Below, piece by piece: positions 11,630-24,904 of a stretch of 64,000 nucleotides of DNA. A model generated the notes under the pieces. That model saw nothing but the letters and a program-made list of their open reading frames with translations, ran no database searches and was not told where the DNA came from. The translations under genes and the position numbers were made by a program. Numbering within the stretch: position 1 is the stretch's first letter; every line of letters starts with the position of its first letter. The DNA is from Chiloscyllium plagiosum (taxonomy: Eukaryota), in the NCBI RefSeq assembly GCF_004010195.1, contig NC_057719.1:44309054-44373053 (forward strand), given 5' to 3'.

Positions 11630-13620
11630 CAGATACGAACATATAAATCAGAAGCAAAAGATCATTCAGGCCCTCACGCGTACTCTGCCTTTCAGTAAAT
11701 CAAGATGTTCTGACTGTAACTTCAAAACCACATTCCCACCACCCCCGATAACTTTACAATTCCATGCTTAATGAGAATCTATCAACTTCTGCCTTAAAAA
11801 TATTCAAGGACGGCATCCACCACTTTTTCACAGACTGTTCCAAAGACTCAGCCCTTAATTTGTTTTTGACTAATTTGTGTTAAATGGGATTTCTAAATCT
11901 AAATATTCTTTATTGTCACATGCACTCCATTGTAAGAGTACAGTGAAAAGCTTTTACAATGTCTGCCTTCTGATAGCGATACCTTAGGTACAAGTACATA
12001 GGTACAATTCTTGGATACAGCAGAGGAAGAAAAGGAATTGTATTAGTTTACAGAGTCAAAAAGTGTTAAAAATAGGACATCATTAAAAGGTTGACGTTAC
12101 AATAAAATTGGAAATTTCAAATAAACATTACATTGTAGCAATTCAGCCTAGGACTTCTACAAGTTGTCTGACCGCCAGCGCCAGACCACAGTCCAAGAGC
12201 CATCCGTGCTCTGCTCCAAGTCTGCACTCAGCTGCTCAAGCTAAGTGCCAGGGCTGCCTCCCCTGTGCCGGTCTCTGCCTGGGACTTGCTGCCCATGCGC
12301 CGTTCCCCCGGGTGCACAGCCCTATCGCTGCTCCAGGACTTGCAGCTCTGGGGATTTGGTGCTGGCACCTGCCGTTGCTCAAGTATTCGCTATCAGCGCT
12401 GTTTATTAAAAGGAAATAATTGTTCCAGAGTTCCAGATTCTCCAGAAGTGGAAACATCCTCTCCACATTTATCATTTCAAGACAATTCAGGATTTTAAAT
12501 GTTTTGATTAAGGTACCTCTTAACTCTCTGAACTCCTCTGGCTACAAGCCTGCCCATCCTTTTCTTATAAAACAATACCTTTCCAGGTATTAGTCTGCTA
12601 AACCTTATTTGAATTGTCTCTAAAACATTTACATTGCTTTCTATGGTGTGGTGTTCTCATATCTGAATATAGTTTCTAGGGTTAAAGGAAGAATATGGAG
12701 CAAAAGTGGGAAGAAGGTACTAAGTTGGAAAATCAGTCATGATTATACAAAATAGTGGAACAGGGACAAAGGGCTGAAGACATTCACCTGTCCTTATTTT
12801 CCATTGTTCACACCATTGCCCAGTACAACTGAAGCATAACCTCCCTACTTCTGTATACAATTCATCTCACAATAATATTCTATTATTAGCCTTCTTACTT
12901 ACTTGCTGTACGTACATACTAACCTTTTGTGATTTATGCATGAGAATAGCCAGATCCCTCTCCATCCCAAAATTCTGCAATCTCAAACCATGTCAATAGT
13001 GCTTCCATTTTATTCTTTCTACCAAAATGGACAACTTCACATTTTTCACACATTGTACTCCATTTGCCCTATCTTTGCCCACTCACTTAACTAATCAATA
13101 CATTTTTGTAACCTCATGTCCTTTGCACAGCTTATTTTCCTGTCTATCTTAGTCTCATCAGCACATTTGGCAACCACACCTTCTATCTCTTCATCTAAGT
13201 ATTTTACAAAAATTATAAACATTTCAGGCTCTAATCCCTGTTGCACCATACTTGTTCCATCTTGTCACCCTGAAAAAGATCCATTTACCCTTACACTATT
13301 TCCTGTTAGTCAACCAAACTTCTATTCATGTTAAATGCTAACTTCCACACCACAAATATATTTTTCCAAAGTAATCTTTATCATATGCATTCAGAAAATC
13401 TCAATACAGTACATCCATCATTTCCCTTTATCCACAGCATATGTTACCTCCTCAACAACTGTGATAAGATTGGTCAAACATGATTTCCTTTACAGAAAAT
13501 CATATTGACTCTGCCTCATTACCTTAGCACCCAATTATAACTTCTTTAATAATACCCAACATCTTCCCTACCTTAGATGTTAAGCTAACTAGCCTACAAT
13601 TTATTGCTTTCTATTCCCAA
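11630..13620 (-). mobile_element. Old CR1 fragments interrupted by other repeats
   Basis: Reverse-complement CR1 3' end and RT segments (e.g. GTCTCATCAGCACATTT, ATCCATCATTTCCC). Confidence 0.6.
11900..12417. repeat. Unclassified interspersed repeat (second copy at about 19075-19500)
   Basis: Shared blocks CTTAGGTAC..AGTAC.TAGGTACAA and AAATTTCAAATAAA..TTACATTG..GTCTGACCGCC..CCAGACCACAG. Confidence 0.65.
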
Positions 13621-14542
13621 TTCTTTTATCTCCTTTCACTTCCACAGCAGTACGGAGTTAAAATTGAAGTCATTTTGCCTCATTCAATAAATAAAAGTTG
13701 CAATTTGCTTTTAAACCTATTATTTGTTGTTTTTTAGTAGCTGGCTCTCTTCCCATTCTGACTGTCTGCATACTTTCAGTTACACATTCCTTAATGTCTT
13801 TTTCCCACTTCTTCAGCTCTGAAAAAGCCCATATTTTCAGCGGTATCATTCCTGACACCATGTTTCAACTGGTCACTTGTTAAAGCTCCCACATACTGCA
13901 TACTTACTGCAGAGGTATAAGTTGATTACTACAGCAAACCACCCAGAAAATTTAACATAATTTCATCAGCCACACTGGATATTGTTTTCAAGTTGTAGAA
14001 CTCAATCAAGGGCAAATCCCCATTTACCTGGTTTCTCTTTTTGGTGATGTGGAACTGTTTGCAGTAAGGCTCATCACCACTATTGTCACCCATTGCTATA
14101 TTTTAAACTTCCATACAGTACTAATAGTTACTGGCAGCCCTTTACATTTCTCCCCAAGATTACGCTCATAATATAAGGAGGATCCCTATCCATTTTTACC
14201 TTGAAGCCCCTTCTGATAATAATAAAGAATAATCCCTACTATTTATAACAGGACCTGGTCAAAACAGTGGTCACTGACATTGGTTTTTACCTTGGGATCC
14301 CATTAAAATGATTAAATCTTATTAAAAGAATGGAAGGGAAAAAGGATATGCACTGAGTATCATGTTGGGCTCTTGCTCGTGAGATTAGTCGTGAGAGCTT
14401 TCCCATTTATGTACTGACCCTCTGCCCTGGGCAAAACAACCACGAACCCTCAGTTTTGGGGAAGCTCCTGTTTACAAAGCTTTTGAAGGTTGTTTGTTTA
14501 ACTTCGGGATGCATGTGCCGTAACGTTATGTCCCCAATCTAC

Positions 14543-14794
14543 CTTGGGGTCCTTATCGTAATAGTACTGCTGGGTTCGTATCCAGCGGCCCACCAGATGA
14601 TCACGCACAATGTGTGCTAGCGCCAAATAATAATCCCTCATGGTAGCCACATTACGGTCTTTCACCAGAGTGAAGTGCAGGTGCCGATTAAATCCTAACT
14701 TTAACCCCGGAACATTTTCTAAACCGACCAATCCGCCTAAACCACGAATAGTGATCTGTTTCTTTCGCTCGCTTGCTAAGACTTGTTTTGCCAT
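14543..14794 (-). CDS. PYGL: Glycogen phosphorylase (liver form by synteny), coding exon 1
   Basis: ATG at 14794; [84 protein letters not shown]; 252 nt; phase-0 donor AAG|GTAGAT at the conserved exon-1 boundary. The isoform call rests on adjacency to TRIM9. Confidence 0.9.
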
Positions 14795-14865
14795 GTTGCT
14801 GCTCAGATCACCGGGGGCTCGAGCTCTTTCCGTTTGGCCGTTTTCTTCAAACTGCTTCGCTTGGT

Positions 14866-14921
14866 CCCGCCCCTTTCTGCTGCACCCAATCATTTCAAAG
14901 CACGTTTTGACCTCACCCAAT
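14866..14921 (-). promoter_or_regulatory. Putative TATA-less PYGL promoter: GC box plus two CCAAT boxes
   Basis: CCCGCCCC at 14866-14873; CCAAT at 14886-14890 and 14917-14921 (31-bp spacing); locally CpG-enriched; 70-130 bp upstream of the ATG. Confidence 0.55.
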
Positions 14922-15119
14922 CACCACAGCTTTCCTCGCACCCAGTTATTTTGATAATCGCTGTCCTGTTTGAGTGCTCCTGCCTCTGCAGCTCATTAAA
15001 TAACATTCTCCTATTTTTCCCAAACATTTTTGATCTTCTTTTCCTTTGAGGCTCGAGATCAGGTTTGCGATTCTTCCCTACATTCTCTCCATGATTTCAT
15101 TATTTACTTTTAGACATTT

Positions 15120-16150
15120 TAGAGCCACAGAGATGCACAGCACGGAAACAGACCCTTCGGTCCAACTCATCCATGCCAATTAGATATCTGAACCGAATTT
15201 AGTCCGATTTGCCAGCACTTGGCCCATAACCCTCGAAACCCTTCCTATTTAAATACCAGCCAGATGCCTTTTAAATATTGTACCACCCTCCACCACTTCC
15301 TCTGGCAGCTCATTCTATACACTCACCACTTGCTGAGTGAAAAAGTTACCCCTTAGGTCCCTTTTAATTTTTTCCCCTCTTCCCCTACACAAGAGAAAAT
15401 ATCTTGTCTATTTCCCTATCCATGCCTTTCATGATTTTATAAACCTCTCAGGTCACCCCTGCAGCCTCCAATGCTCCTGGGAAAACAACCCCAGCCTATT
15501 CAGCTTCATCTTTGTAATTTTTTTCTGAACACTTTCAATTTTCACAACACCCTTCCACTAGGAGGGAGACCCAGAATTGCACATAACATTCCAAAAGCAG
15601 CCTAACCAATGCCCTGTACAGTTGCAACATGACCTCCCAACTCCTTTACTCAATGCTCTGACCAATAAAGGAAAGCATACCAAACATATTCACTATCCTA
15701 TGTACCTGTGACTCCACTTTCAAGGAACTATGAACCTACGCTCCCCAGGATCTTACCATTAAGTGGATAAGTTCTGCTCTGATTTGCCTTTCCAAAATGT
15801 AGCATCTCACATTTATCTAAATTAAACTCCATCTGGTACTCCTCGACCCATTGGCCCATCTGATCAAGATCCTGTTATACACTGAGTTAACTTTCTTCGC
15901 TGTCTACCACACCACCGATTTTGATGTCATCTGCAAACTGACTAACTATACCTCCTATGTTCACATTAAATCATTTATATAAATGACAAAAAGCAGTGGA
16001 CCCAGCACCGATCCTTATGGCACACCACAGGTCACAGGCCTCCAATTTAAAATGCAACTCTCCACCACATCCTCTGTTTTCTACCTTTGAGTCAGTTCTG
16101 TATCTCTGCCTGTATTCTATGAGATCTCACCTTGCTGACACAGCCTGAAT
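15120..16150 (-). mobile_element. CR1 LINE 3' portion
   Basis: Reverse complement of the same RT/3'UTR family as 18061-19068. Confidence 0.9.
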
Positions 16151-16249
16151 GGGGCACTGTGCAATTTTGCTCTGCCATTTTCAAATTATATCAAATTGTT
16201 TACTCAAAAAAACATCATTCACAGGATGACTTGACAAGTGTCCATATTA

Positions 16250-16885
16250 CAGTCAGAAATAACACAACAGCAGAAATCACAAGTTTTCAGAGCGTAGCCC
16301 CTTCATCAGACCACAGAATTTATGGCCAAAGAGATCAAGGGCAGAGAGATCAAAAGATCATATAAATGGTGTGAGTGGAGTGTCAAATAATAAGTCTCTG
16401 CAGGAGACCAAGGGTGTTAGATGGTGTGAGTAAAGTCAATAGCTAAATAACAACTGAAGGGATGACCTATAATCCAATTAAATGAGGCAGAGAGAGGTAA
16501 TTACAAAAAATTAAAAATAAGGTGGTGCCGGAGATAAAGCAATTGATTGGAATAACATGGAACAAAAACAGAAGCTGCTAGAAAAGCCCAGGAGGTCCAG
16601 TACATCTGTAAAGAAAAACCAGAGGAAGGGTCACTGGACCCAAAACATTAACTCTGAATTTTTCTTCACAGATGTCACCAGACCCACTGAGCCCCTCAGC
16701 AACCCCTATCTCCGATTTACAGCATCCGCAGTTCTTTCAGTTTTTATTTGACAGGAATAACCTGATAGGTATAAGAGTTGATATGTCGAGGTGATGTGTC
16801 AAAACAGGACAGTAAGGAAGATTTTACAGATACTGTACACAAGTGTGGTGGGGTCACACGTAGTGTGACATGAAACCAAGATCAT
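16250..16885 (-). mobile_element. Penelope-like element 3' end with hammerhead motif
   Basis: Minus strand encodes the ORF terminus DLGFMSHY (about 16860-16883). Downstream at about 16280-16309 it reads CTGATGA-A-GGGGC tac GCTCT-GAAA-AC-TT. Confidence 0.7.
16560..16753 (+). mobile_element. Inverted-repeat mini-element with decayed hammerhead, family C, nested in Penelope
   Basis: CAGAGGA-A-GGGTC actg GACCC-AAAA-CA-TT; TSD GGAATAACATG (16549-16559) / GGAATAACCTG (16754-16764). Confidence 0.65.
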
Positions 16886-16889
16886 GTGA

Positions 16890-17885
16890 ATTTTGGACTG
16901 GAGGCCTGTGACCAGCGGTGTGTCAGAAGGATTGATGCTAGGTCCACTGCTTTTCATCATTTATATAAATAATTTGCTCGTGAATATAGGTGGAATAGTT
17001 ACGAAGTTTGCAGATGACACCAAAATTGGTGATGTAGTGGATAGATAGTAAAAAGGTTATTTCAGAGTACAATGGGATCTTGATCAGGTGCGCTGAAGGG
17101 CCGAAGAGTGGCAGATGGATGTTAATTTAGGTAATTGTGAGGTGTTGCATTTTGACAAGGCAAATCAGAGCAGGATTTATACACTTAATGGTAGGGTCCT
17201 GGGGAGTGTTGCTGAATAAAGAGACATTGGAATTGAGGTTCATAGCTGCTTGAAGCTGAAGTTACAGGTCGTCAGGGTAGTGAAGAAGACATTTGGTACA
17301 CTTGCCTTTATTGGTCAGTGCATTGAGTATGGGAGTTGGGATGTCATGTTGCAAATGCACAGGTTAGGCCACTTTTGAAATACTGCATTCAATTCTGGTC
17401 TCCCTTCTTGAGGAAAGATGTTGTTAAACTTGATAGGGTGCAGAAAAGATTTACAATGGGTTGGAAGGTTTGAGTAATAAGAAGAAGCTGAATAGGCTGG
17501 GGCTATTTTCTCTGGAGCATTGGAGGCAGAGAGATGATCTTACAGAGGTTCAAAAAATCATGAGGGGCATGGATAAAGCCAAGGTCTTTTTCCTAGGTTA
17601 GGGGAGTCCAAAACCAGCAGGCAAAGGTTTAAGGTGAGAGGGGATAAAAGGGACCAAAGGCGTAACATTTTCATGCAGAGGGTGGTGCATGTATGGAAAT
17701 GAGCTGCCAGATGAAGTGGTGGAGATTGGTACAATTACAACATTTAAAAGGCATCTGAAAGGGTTTAGAGGGATATGGGCCAATTGCTGGCAAATGGGAC
17801 TAGGTTAATTTAGGATATCTACTTGGCATCTACAAGCTGGACTGAAGGGTCTGTTTCTGTGCTGGACAACTCTATGATTCTATGT
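16890..17885 (+). mobile_element. CR1 LINE 3' portion
   Basis: KFADDTK-encoding segment at about 17004-17024, typical 3'UTR and CTCTATGATTCTAT tail. Confidence 0.9.
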
Positions 17886-18060
17886 GAGCATCAAAAGTTA
17901 GGCCAACAATTTTTGCACATTCCTGATTGCCCTTGAGAAGGTAGCCTGAGCTGTACTTGAATCGCTGCAGCCCATGTGGTGTAGGCAGAACCATAAAACC
18001 ATTAGGGAGGGAATTCCAGGCATTTAATCAGGCTACAGTGAAAGAATGGCAAGATATTTC

Positions 18061-19068
18061 CAGTGGAGTGCCGCAAGGATCAGTGCTGGGTCCTCTAATT
18101 TCTTGTCATTTACATAAGTGATTTGGATGCAAGCATAAGAGGTACAGTTAGTAAGTTTGCAGATGACACCAAAATTGGAAGTGTAGTGGACAGCAAAGAG
18201 GGTTACCTCAGATTACAACAGGATCTTGATCAGATTGGCCAATGGGCTGAAAAGTGGCAGATGGAGTTTAATTCAGATAAATGCGAGGTACTGCATTTTG
18301 GGAAAGCAAATCTTAGCAGGACTTATACACTTAATGGTAAGGTCCTAGGGAGTGTTGCTGAACAAAGAGGCCTTGGAGTACAGGTTCATAGCTCCTTGAA
18401 AGTGGAGTCGCAGGTAGATAGGATAGTGAAGTATGCGTTTGGTATGCTTTCCTTTATTGGTCAGAGTATTGAGTACAGGAGTTGGGAGGTCATGTTGCGG
18501 CTGTACAGGACATTGGTTAGGCCACTGTTGGAATATTGCATGCAATTCTGGTCTCCTTCCTATCAGAAAGATGTTGTGAAACCTGAAAGGATTCAGAAAA
18601 GATTTACAAGGATGTTGCCAGGGTTGGAGGATTTGATAGGGAGAGGCTGAACAGGCTGGGGCTGTTTTCCCTGGAGTGTCTGAGGCTGAGGGGTGACCTT
18701 ATAGAGGTTTACAAAATAATGAGGGGCATGGATAGGATAAATAGACAAAGACTTTTCCCTGGGTTCGGGGAGTCCAGTACTAGAGGGCATAGGTTTAGGG
18801 TGAGAGGGGAAAGACATAAAAGAGACCTAAGGGGCAACTTTTTCACACAGAGGGTGGTACGTGGATGGAATGAGCTGCCAGAGGATGTGGTGGAGGCTGG
18901 TACAATTGCAACATTTAAGAAGCATTTGGATGGGTATATGAATAGGAAGGGTTTGGAGGGATATGGGCCAGGTGCTGGCAGGTGGGACTAGATTGGGTTG
19001 GGATATCTGGTCGGCATGGACAGGTTGGACCGAAGGGTCTATTTCCATGCTGTACATCTCTATGACTC
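18061..19068 (+). mobile_element. Young CR1 LINE 3' portion (RT C-terminus)
   Basis: ORF 18123-18650 (SKFADDTKIG...LEYCMQFWSP), one frameshift, ORF 18719-18991 and CTCTATGACTCT tail. Confidence 0.95.
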
Positions 19069-19074
19069 TCAGTC

Positions 19075-19500
19075 AGGATGTTGCCTGTTATGGTGTCAGC
19101 TTAGGTACGAAGTACCTAGGTACAAATCTTAGATACAAAAAAGGGTTTAAAACAAAGTTGTATTACTTTACAATGGTTCATAGTATAAGATGGAAAAAAT
19201 TAAAAAAATAATACAACATCAGGTTATAGTCCGACAGGTTTATTTGAAAGCACTAGCTTTCTGAACGCTGCTCCTTTATTAGGTGGTTGTGGGGAAGTAA
19301 GACATGGTTAAAAGAATAAATATTACAGTCAGATAAGTAAATTTCAAATAAAAATTACATTGCAGTAGCTCAGCGCAGGGCTTCTACGTGTGGTCTGACC
19401 GCCCTTACCAGACCACAGTTCAACAACCATCTCTGCTTTGCTGCAAGCCTCCAGTTGGCTCCGCACCAGCTCTCAGCTTGCTCCAAGGTAAGTTTTCCCA
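19075..19500. repeat. Unclassified repeat (copy 2) containing a family-B hammerhead fragment at about 19212-19292
   Basis: Similar to 11900-12417. The insert reads CTAATAA-A-GGAGC agc GTTCA-GAAA-GC-TA on the minus strand. Confidence 0.6.
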
Positions 19501-19934
19501 GGAATTAGTTCCCCACGCTGGCCTCCACTTGGGGATTCCTTCCCTTTGCCAGCCTTGGAGGGGAACTTGCAGGTAATGCTATTCCCATAAATCTGTCATT
19601 ATCTTCTAGATGGTAGTGGTCACAGGTTTCGAAGGTATTGTGGAAGGAGCCTTGGTGAATATTTCCAGTGCATCTTGTAGATAGCACACACTGTTGCCAC
19701 TGAGTAGGTGGTGGAGGGAGTAAACGTTCTTGGCTGTGGTGCCAATCAAAGAGGCTGCTTTGTCCCGAATAATGTCATGATTCATGAGTGTTATCCAGGC
19801 AAGCGGGGAATATTACATTACATTTCTGACTTAAGCCTTGTAGATTGCAAACAGAATTTGAGTCAGGAGGTGAGAAACATGTTGCAAGATTCCTAGCCTC
19901 TGACCTGCTCTTGTAGTCACAGTACTTATATGAC

Positions 19935-20345
19935 TAAAACAAAAACAGAAATTGCTGAAGAATCTTAGCAGGTCTGGCATCATCTGTGAAAAGAAAGCAA
20001 AAATCAATGTTTCAGGTCTCCTGACCCTTCTTCATAATGGTGGCATATATGCTGAAGACAGGTGCTGAGGGGGAGGGTGTAAATGATAACTGGAGATAGA
20101 GCCCAGAGAGAACAACAATTCGGCAAAGAGATGGATAATGGTGAGCTGGGGAGAAAGAAAAGCTGGTAATAGGGACTTTTGATGGGTGAAATTGGGTTGG
20201 CGGTGACAAGAACAACCCATGTGATGACAAGACTAAGGGTGTGAAGATGGGTAAAGTACATGGAAGGAGGGGTTCAAACTCTAAAATTATTGAACTCAAT
20301 ATTAAGTCCTGAAGGCAACAGGTTCCCAAGTGGAAAATGAAATGC
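19935..20345 (-). mobile_element. Penelope-like 3' relic with decayed family-C hammerhead
   Basis: Minus strand reads ATGAAGA-A-GGGTC agga GACCT-GAAA-CA-TT at about 20006-20035, followed by a GATGATGCCAGACCTGCT tail. Confidence 0.55.
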
Positions 20346-21639
20346 TGAGTGGCATATGTGTTGAAGACCTATGCGAATAGTCCAGTTCAGTTTCTAGTAA
20401 TTGACAACTCCTCGGATATTGATGCAGGGGGATTCAGTGATAGGTATGCCATTGGATATCAAGGGGTGATGGTTAGATTCTTTTTTGTTGGAAATGGTCA
20501 TTGTCTGGTACTTGAGCAGCACACGGATGTTATTTGCCACTTGTCAGCCTGAACATTATCTCAATCTTGCTGCATTGGGCATGGACTACATCAGTAGCTA
20601 AGGAACCCTGAACATTGTGTAGGCATCAGCAAGCATCCCCACTTCTGACCTTATGATGGAGCTAATTCCAATAGATGTGAACAGAGAGCAGTGATCGCTC
20701 ATTGACAGTAAAATTGTTGTTGGTCAAAAGCTTCTGTGTGTTCCCAGCGCTTATTTCTGTTTTTTTTTTACCTTTGCTTTTGCTGTTGCTGAATAAAACA
20801 GAATGATTTGAACCACTTTAAAGCTTTCCTGTATGTTATGCTCCGACATTGAATAATGAGAAGCTATTGAACACTGGGGAAGCAGTAGCACTCCCTTTGA
20901 CAGGATTCTAAGATAAGATGAGGTTAAGTTTGGGTAAGCTATGTTGCTCATATCTTAAATACTAATAGATGTCTGAATGTGAACTTGTCAGTGTAATGAT
21001 GTTTTAGCCATGTCACCTATGTGTCCTGAGAAACATTTGTTTTTGGTTGCCTCCCACTGTCTATCTGTGAAGGGCAGCTCTGGAGGGACAATGCTCGGCT
21101 ACGTGCATGACCAAGCTTTAAAGATGGTATGAAGCCAGGAATCCTTGGATATCCCAGCAATTGTAAGTATTTCTGCCTAAAGTGAGTGGGATGCCATAGG
21201 GATATGGTACATTGGTAAGACAGCATGACAAAACCTGCCAGGCATCATAGAGGGAAACCATTCATGAAACTTGCTAAAATTAACACTAGACAATTGCTGA
21301 CAAAATTCAGCCTGCAATCTTTGTTCAGGGTCTCCTCTGCCTTACATCACTGAAATCAGGATCATTATATTGGAAGATACAGTGGAAAAATGATATTCTA
21401 CTTTAATATAAGGTGCAGCACATTACAGAACCACTATGCTGTGCTGCTGCCCTATGAGAAATGTGTGATCATACTTTTTAATATTGTAGTGTCATACTTC
21501 TTCAATTGTCATACAGTTCAATATTTTAACCACCCTAAAAATAAAGCTTTTTAAAATTTATTTCCCTTCTTCTGATTAGATTTTTGAGCAAAGAAAGAAA
21601 ACACATTGAATCAGACACAATAATCATGCATGAACTTTA

Positions 21640-21720
21640 GGGCTCTTGTGATGCAGGGCGAATGCCCCTACCTTTGGGCCAGAGATCCAGGTCCAATTCT
21701 CACCTGCTCAAGAGGTGTGA
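21640..21720 (+). mobile_element. tRNA-derived SINE head (degenerate)
   Basis: B-box-like GGTCCAATTC; related copy at 56820-56908 on the minus strand. Confidence 0.5.
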
Positions 21721-24009
21721 AAAAAATCCCATGAACTTCATATGGACTAGGCTTGATAATCCATCATGGTCTTTGTTCACTAAACTTTATTTCATTTGAA
21801 ATGTATTCATTCATCCATATATCTGCATTTAAACTGTTAAGTAATCACTAATACCTTTATATCACATATTAATACCATACAAAAAAACATAAAACTTGCA
21901 CATATGTGGTGTCTTTCACAACCTCAATTTACTGTTATTTGCAAGAAGATTCCTCTGAATGCTGCATTGCAGTTTTAGCCTAGATTTTGGGATTAAATGT
22001 CTGAAGTGGAATTTAAATACCACCTTCTGCGTTAGGGTAGAATGCTGCCACTAAATAAAAATAAACACCACTGTGTCCTCAGTTAATGTCTGCCCTTGAA
22101 TTGTTCACTTTCTCCAAAGGGTTTTGAAATTCGCTATTAACTAGCCCCTTTTGTGGTAACAATCTGTTATAGCCAATTGAAATACAGTTTACTGATCCAA
22201 GTCTCAGAGTTTCCATGCTATGCCCAAGCAAAGATCAGGAATTTAGCTTAAGTTACAGACTTACTTATGGGACTGCTATGTTTGAGATAAGCCCTAAAAC
22301 CTACACTTCACCATACACAAGAAAGCTCACAACTTAAAGGGACATGCCTATTAATACTGTGTTGAAGATGGGGAATGAAGTTGTTTGTCCCAAATGAAAT
22401 GTAGATGATTAGAAAGGATAATCCTTTGGCCATCTGTTTCTGAGGAGTTGATGAAAAAAAATCTGCAACTGTCAACCTATTTAGTGCCCAACAATATAAT
22501 TTCTCTTCCTGCAATAGAAGAATTCAGCTTTGTTATGTAACAATCACCACAGTTAAAGGGCTGATTATATTTGCTATAATTTTTGATAGTAGTGTTAAAC
22601 TGTGGCTTATTTGAATTTTAGTTGGATTATTTAAAAAATTGCACAAAAACTTGCATTTCTGTTGCAATGGAATAAAAAGTCCCTGTGTGTTTCAAAGATC
22701 GTTAGCTAAGGAAGTATACAGCTTGTGTTATGGCTAGTATTTTCTTTGTTAATCAACAACCCCACAATCTGATCACCTTCATAACCCTTGCTGCTTGTGG
22801 AAATTTGTGAGCAAATTTAATTTTGCTTCCAGGTAAATAAGAATATTTGTGGCTATTTTGCTGCTTCTCTAAGGCATCAACTGCCTCAGGTACTGTAAGC
22901 TCTCCAGGATCTTGCCAAGATGCCATTGACAGCAGAGCTCCTGAATTTGGTTTAAACTGATTATCTCTGATATCATCTCTTTTAAGTCCGTTTAAGAAAA
23001 CCAGTGATATATCAAGTGAACTTTCCTTTTCACTGCCCTTGTGGCAGAAAAGTACAATTGATATATTGCTCAATATATATTTTATTGCTTTATTGTTCAA
23101 TACTTTATTTGATTCAAAAAAAGAGGACTTGAACCTGGTCCTTTGTATATGTTGTAGATTGGCTAGTGTCAGGATTATCAAGAAAACTGGCTACTGAATA
23201 CTGACAACCCCAATTTTTTCTGCTCTTACATCTTTGAAATGAATCATTATTTTTGTCACTTATGGTTTTCATTCCAGAACCACAATCACATTAGACATCA
23301 TCATGTCATTCTTCCTCTCTATGGAATGCAATACTGTCTTTCTACAATCACCTGGCTGTCAAAAGATGTGCACTCAGCCATTCACTTCACCTAGTCCGAC
23401 TGTTGCAACATGTTCCTCCTATTAAATATACTAAAGTGTCAGCTTAGACTGAGCTCCTCATACATTATTACCACCATACCAGATGATCTGAGTTGAAGTG
23501 ATGCACTCAGAAACAAATTTAGTTGTTGCCTCTGATTGGGATATATTTTTCAGTGACCTAAGTCTTACCTTCTTCAGTATATGAATGATCGCAATAGAGT
23601 TTAAAAACAGTAGCATGTTACTACCTTGTAGTGTTTATACCGAGATCATCTATCTTCTTCTAAAAAGACACTGGATCAAATCTAGAAGTTAAATCCAGAT
23701 TGAAAATTAAATAGTTAAATATATTCAACTTTCACCCAATCCCTCCATGCACTTACAATAGAGTAGTTACCATTATGCACTTTTGGTCTTGTTATGCCAA
23801 AATGATATTAACAAGAAGATTGCACCTTCTCACCATAACACTTCCACAGGGTATCTGCTCAAATCTAACTCACGCAATACGACACAAATTTTTCCTTTCC
23901 TGCTTAATCTTAACTCAAGGCTCAGGAATACTCTCAAACCCCAATGATCAATGTATAGTTACTAAAATACACAAAGCTATGCAAGTTCTCAGAATGGATG
24001 AATAAAGAT

Positions 24010-24885
24010 ACTGAGGTTCAAGTCAAGAATAAAAAAGAATCATGTATTAGATAAAGACAACTGGGATCATCTGAATCTCTTGAAGAGTATAAAGAGTACA
24101 GGGGCATTTGTAAGAAGGAAATCAAGAAAGCAGAGGGAATATGAGATAGCCTTGGAGATAAGGTTAAAGATATTCCAAAAAGTTTCATCATATACATTAA
24201 GAGCAACAGAGCAATTAGAGAGAGAGTAGGACCCCTTAAAAATAACAAGGTCATCTTTGTACTGAACCTCAGGAGATGGGAGACATATTAAGTGAATATT
24301 TTGTGTCTTTTTTTTACTATTGAGAAAGAAATGGAAGCTAAAGAACTCAGGGAAATAAAAATTGATGTTTTGAAAACAGTTCACATTACAGAAGACGAAG
24401 TGGTGGAAGTCTTAGAAAACAAAGTTGATAAATCTTCAGGATCTGATCAAGTATATCCCAGGACATTGTGGGGAAGTTAGGGAGAAAATTGCGGGGCACC
24501 TGAGCAGAAATACTTGTGTCCTCTATAAACACAGGTGAAGTACTGGAGGGTGGCTAGTGTTGTGCCATTATTTAAGAAAGGCTGTAAGAAGCTTGGAAAC
24601 TATAGACCTGCGAGTCTGACATCAATGGTGGGTAAGTTGTTGGAGGTGAATTTGAAAGATAGGATTTATATGCATTTGGAGAGGCAAGAATTGATTGAGA
24701 AAGTCAGCATGGTTTTATATGAGGAAAATTGTGTCTCACAAACTTGATTGAGTTTTGAAAATAAAGTAAGCAAAGAGATTGATGAGGGAAAAGCAGTAGA
24801 CATTGTTTACTTGGACTTTAGTAAAGCCTGACAAGATTCCACATGGTAGGCTAATTAGTAAAGTTAGATCACATGGGAGTCAGGA
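24010..24885 (+). mobile_element. CR1 ORF2 fragment (RT N-terminus)
   Basis: WRVASVVPLFKKG..GNYRPASLTSMVGKLLE and YLDFSKA motifs. Confidence 0.85.
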
Positions 24886-24904
24886 TTAAGTTGGCTGTCC
24901 CTCC

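Noticed and set aside
1..14542. PYGL exon 2 (RVYYLSLEF...)
   Set aside because: Not found by eye; probably outside the window or within the gap.
14795..14920. 42-aa in-frame N-terminal extension of phosphorylase in the ORF track
   Set aside because: Runs through GC/CCAAT promoter motifs; homology begins at the ATG at 14794.
22753..23181. 142-aa minus-strand ORF between TRIM9 and PYGL
   Set aside because: Non-ATG start, no recognisable homology and no clear splice structure.
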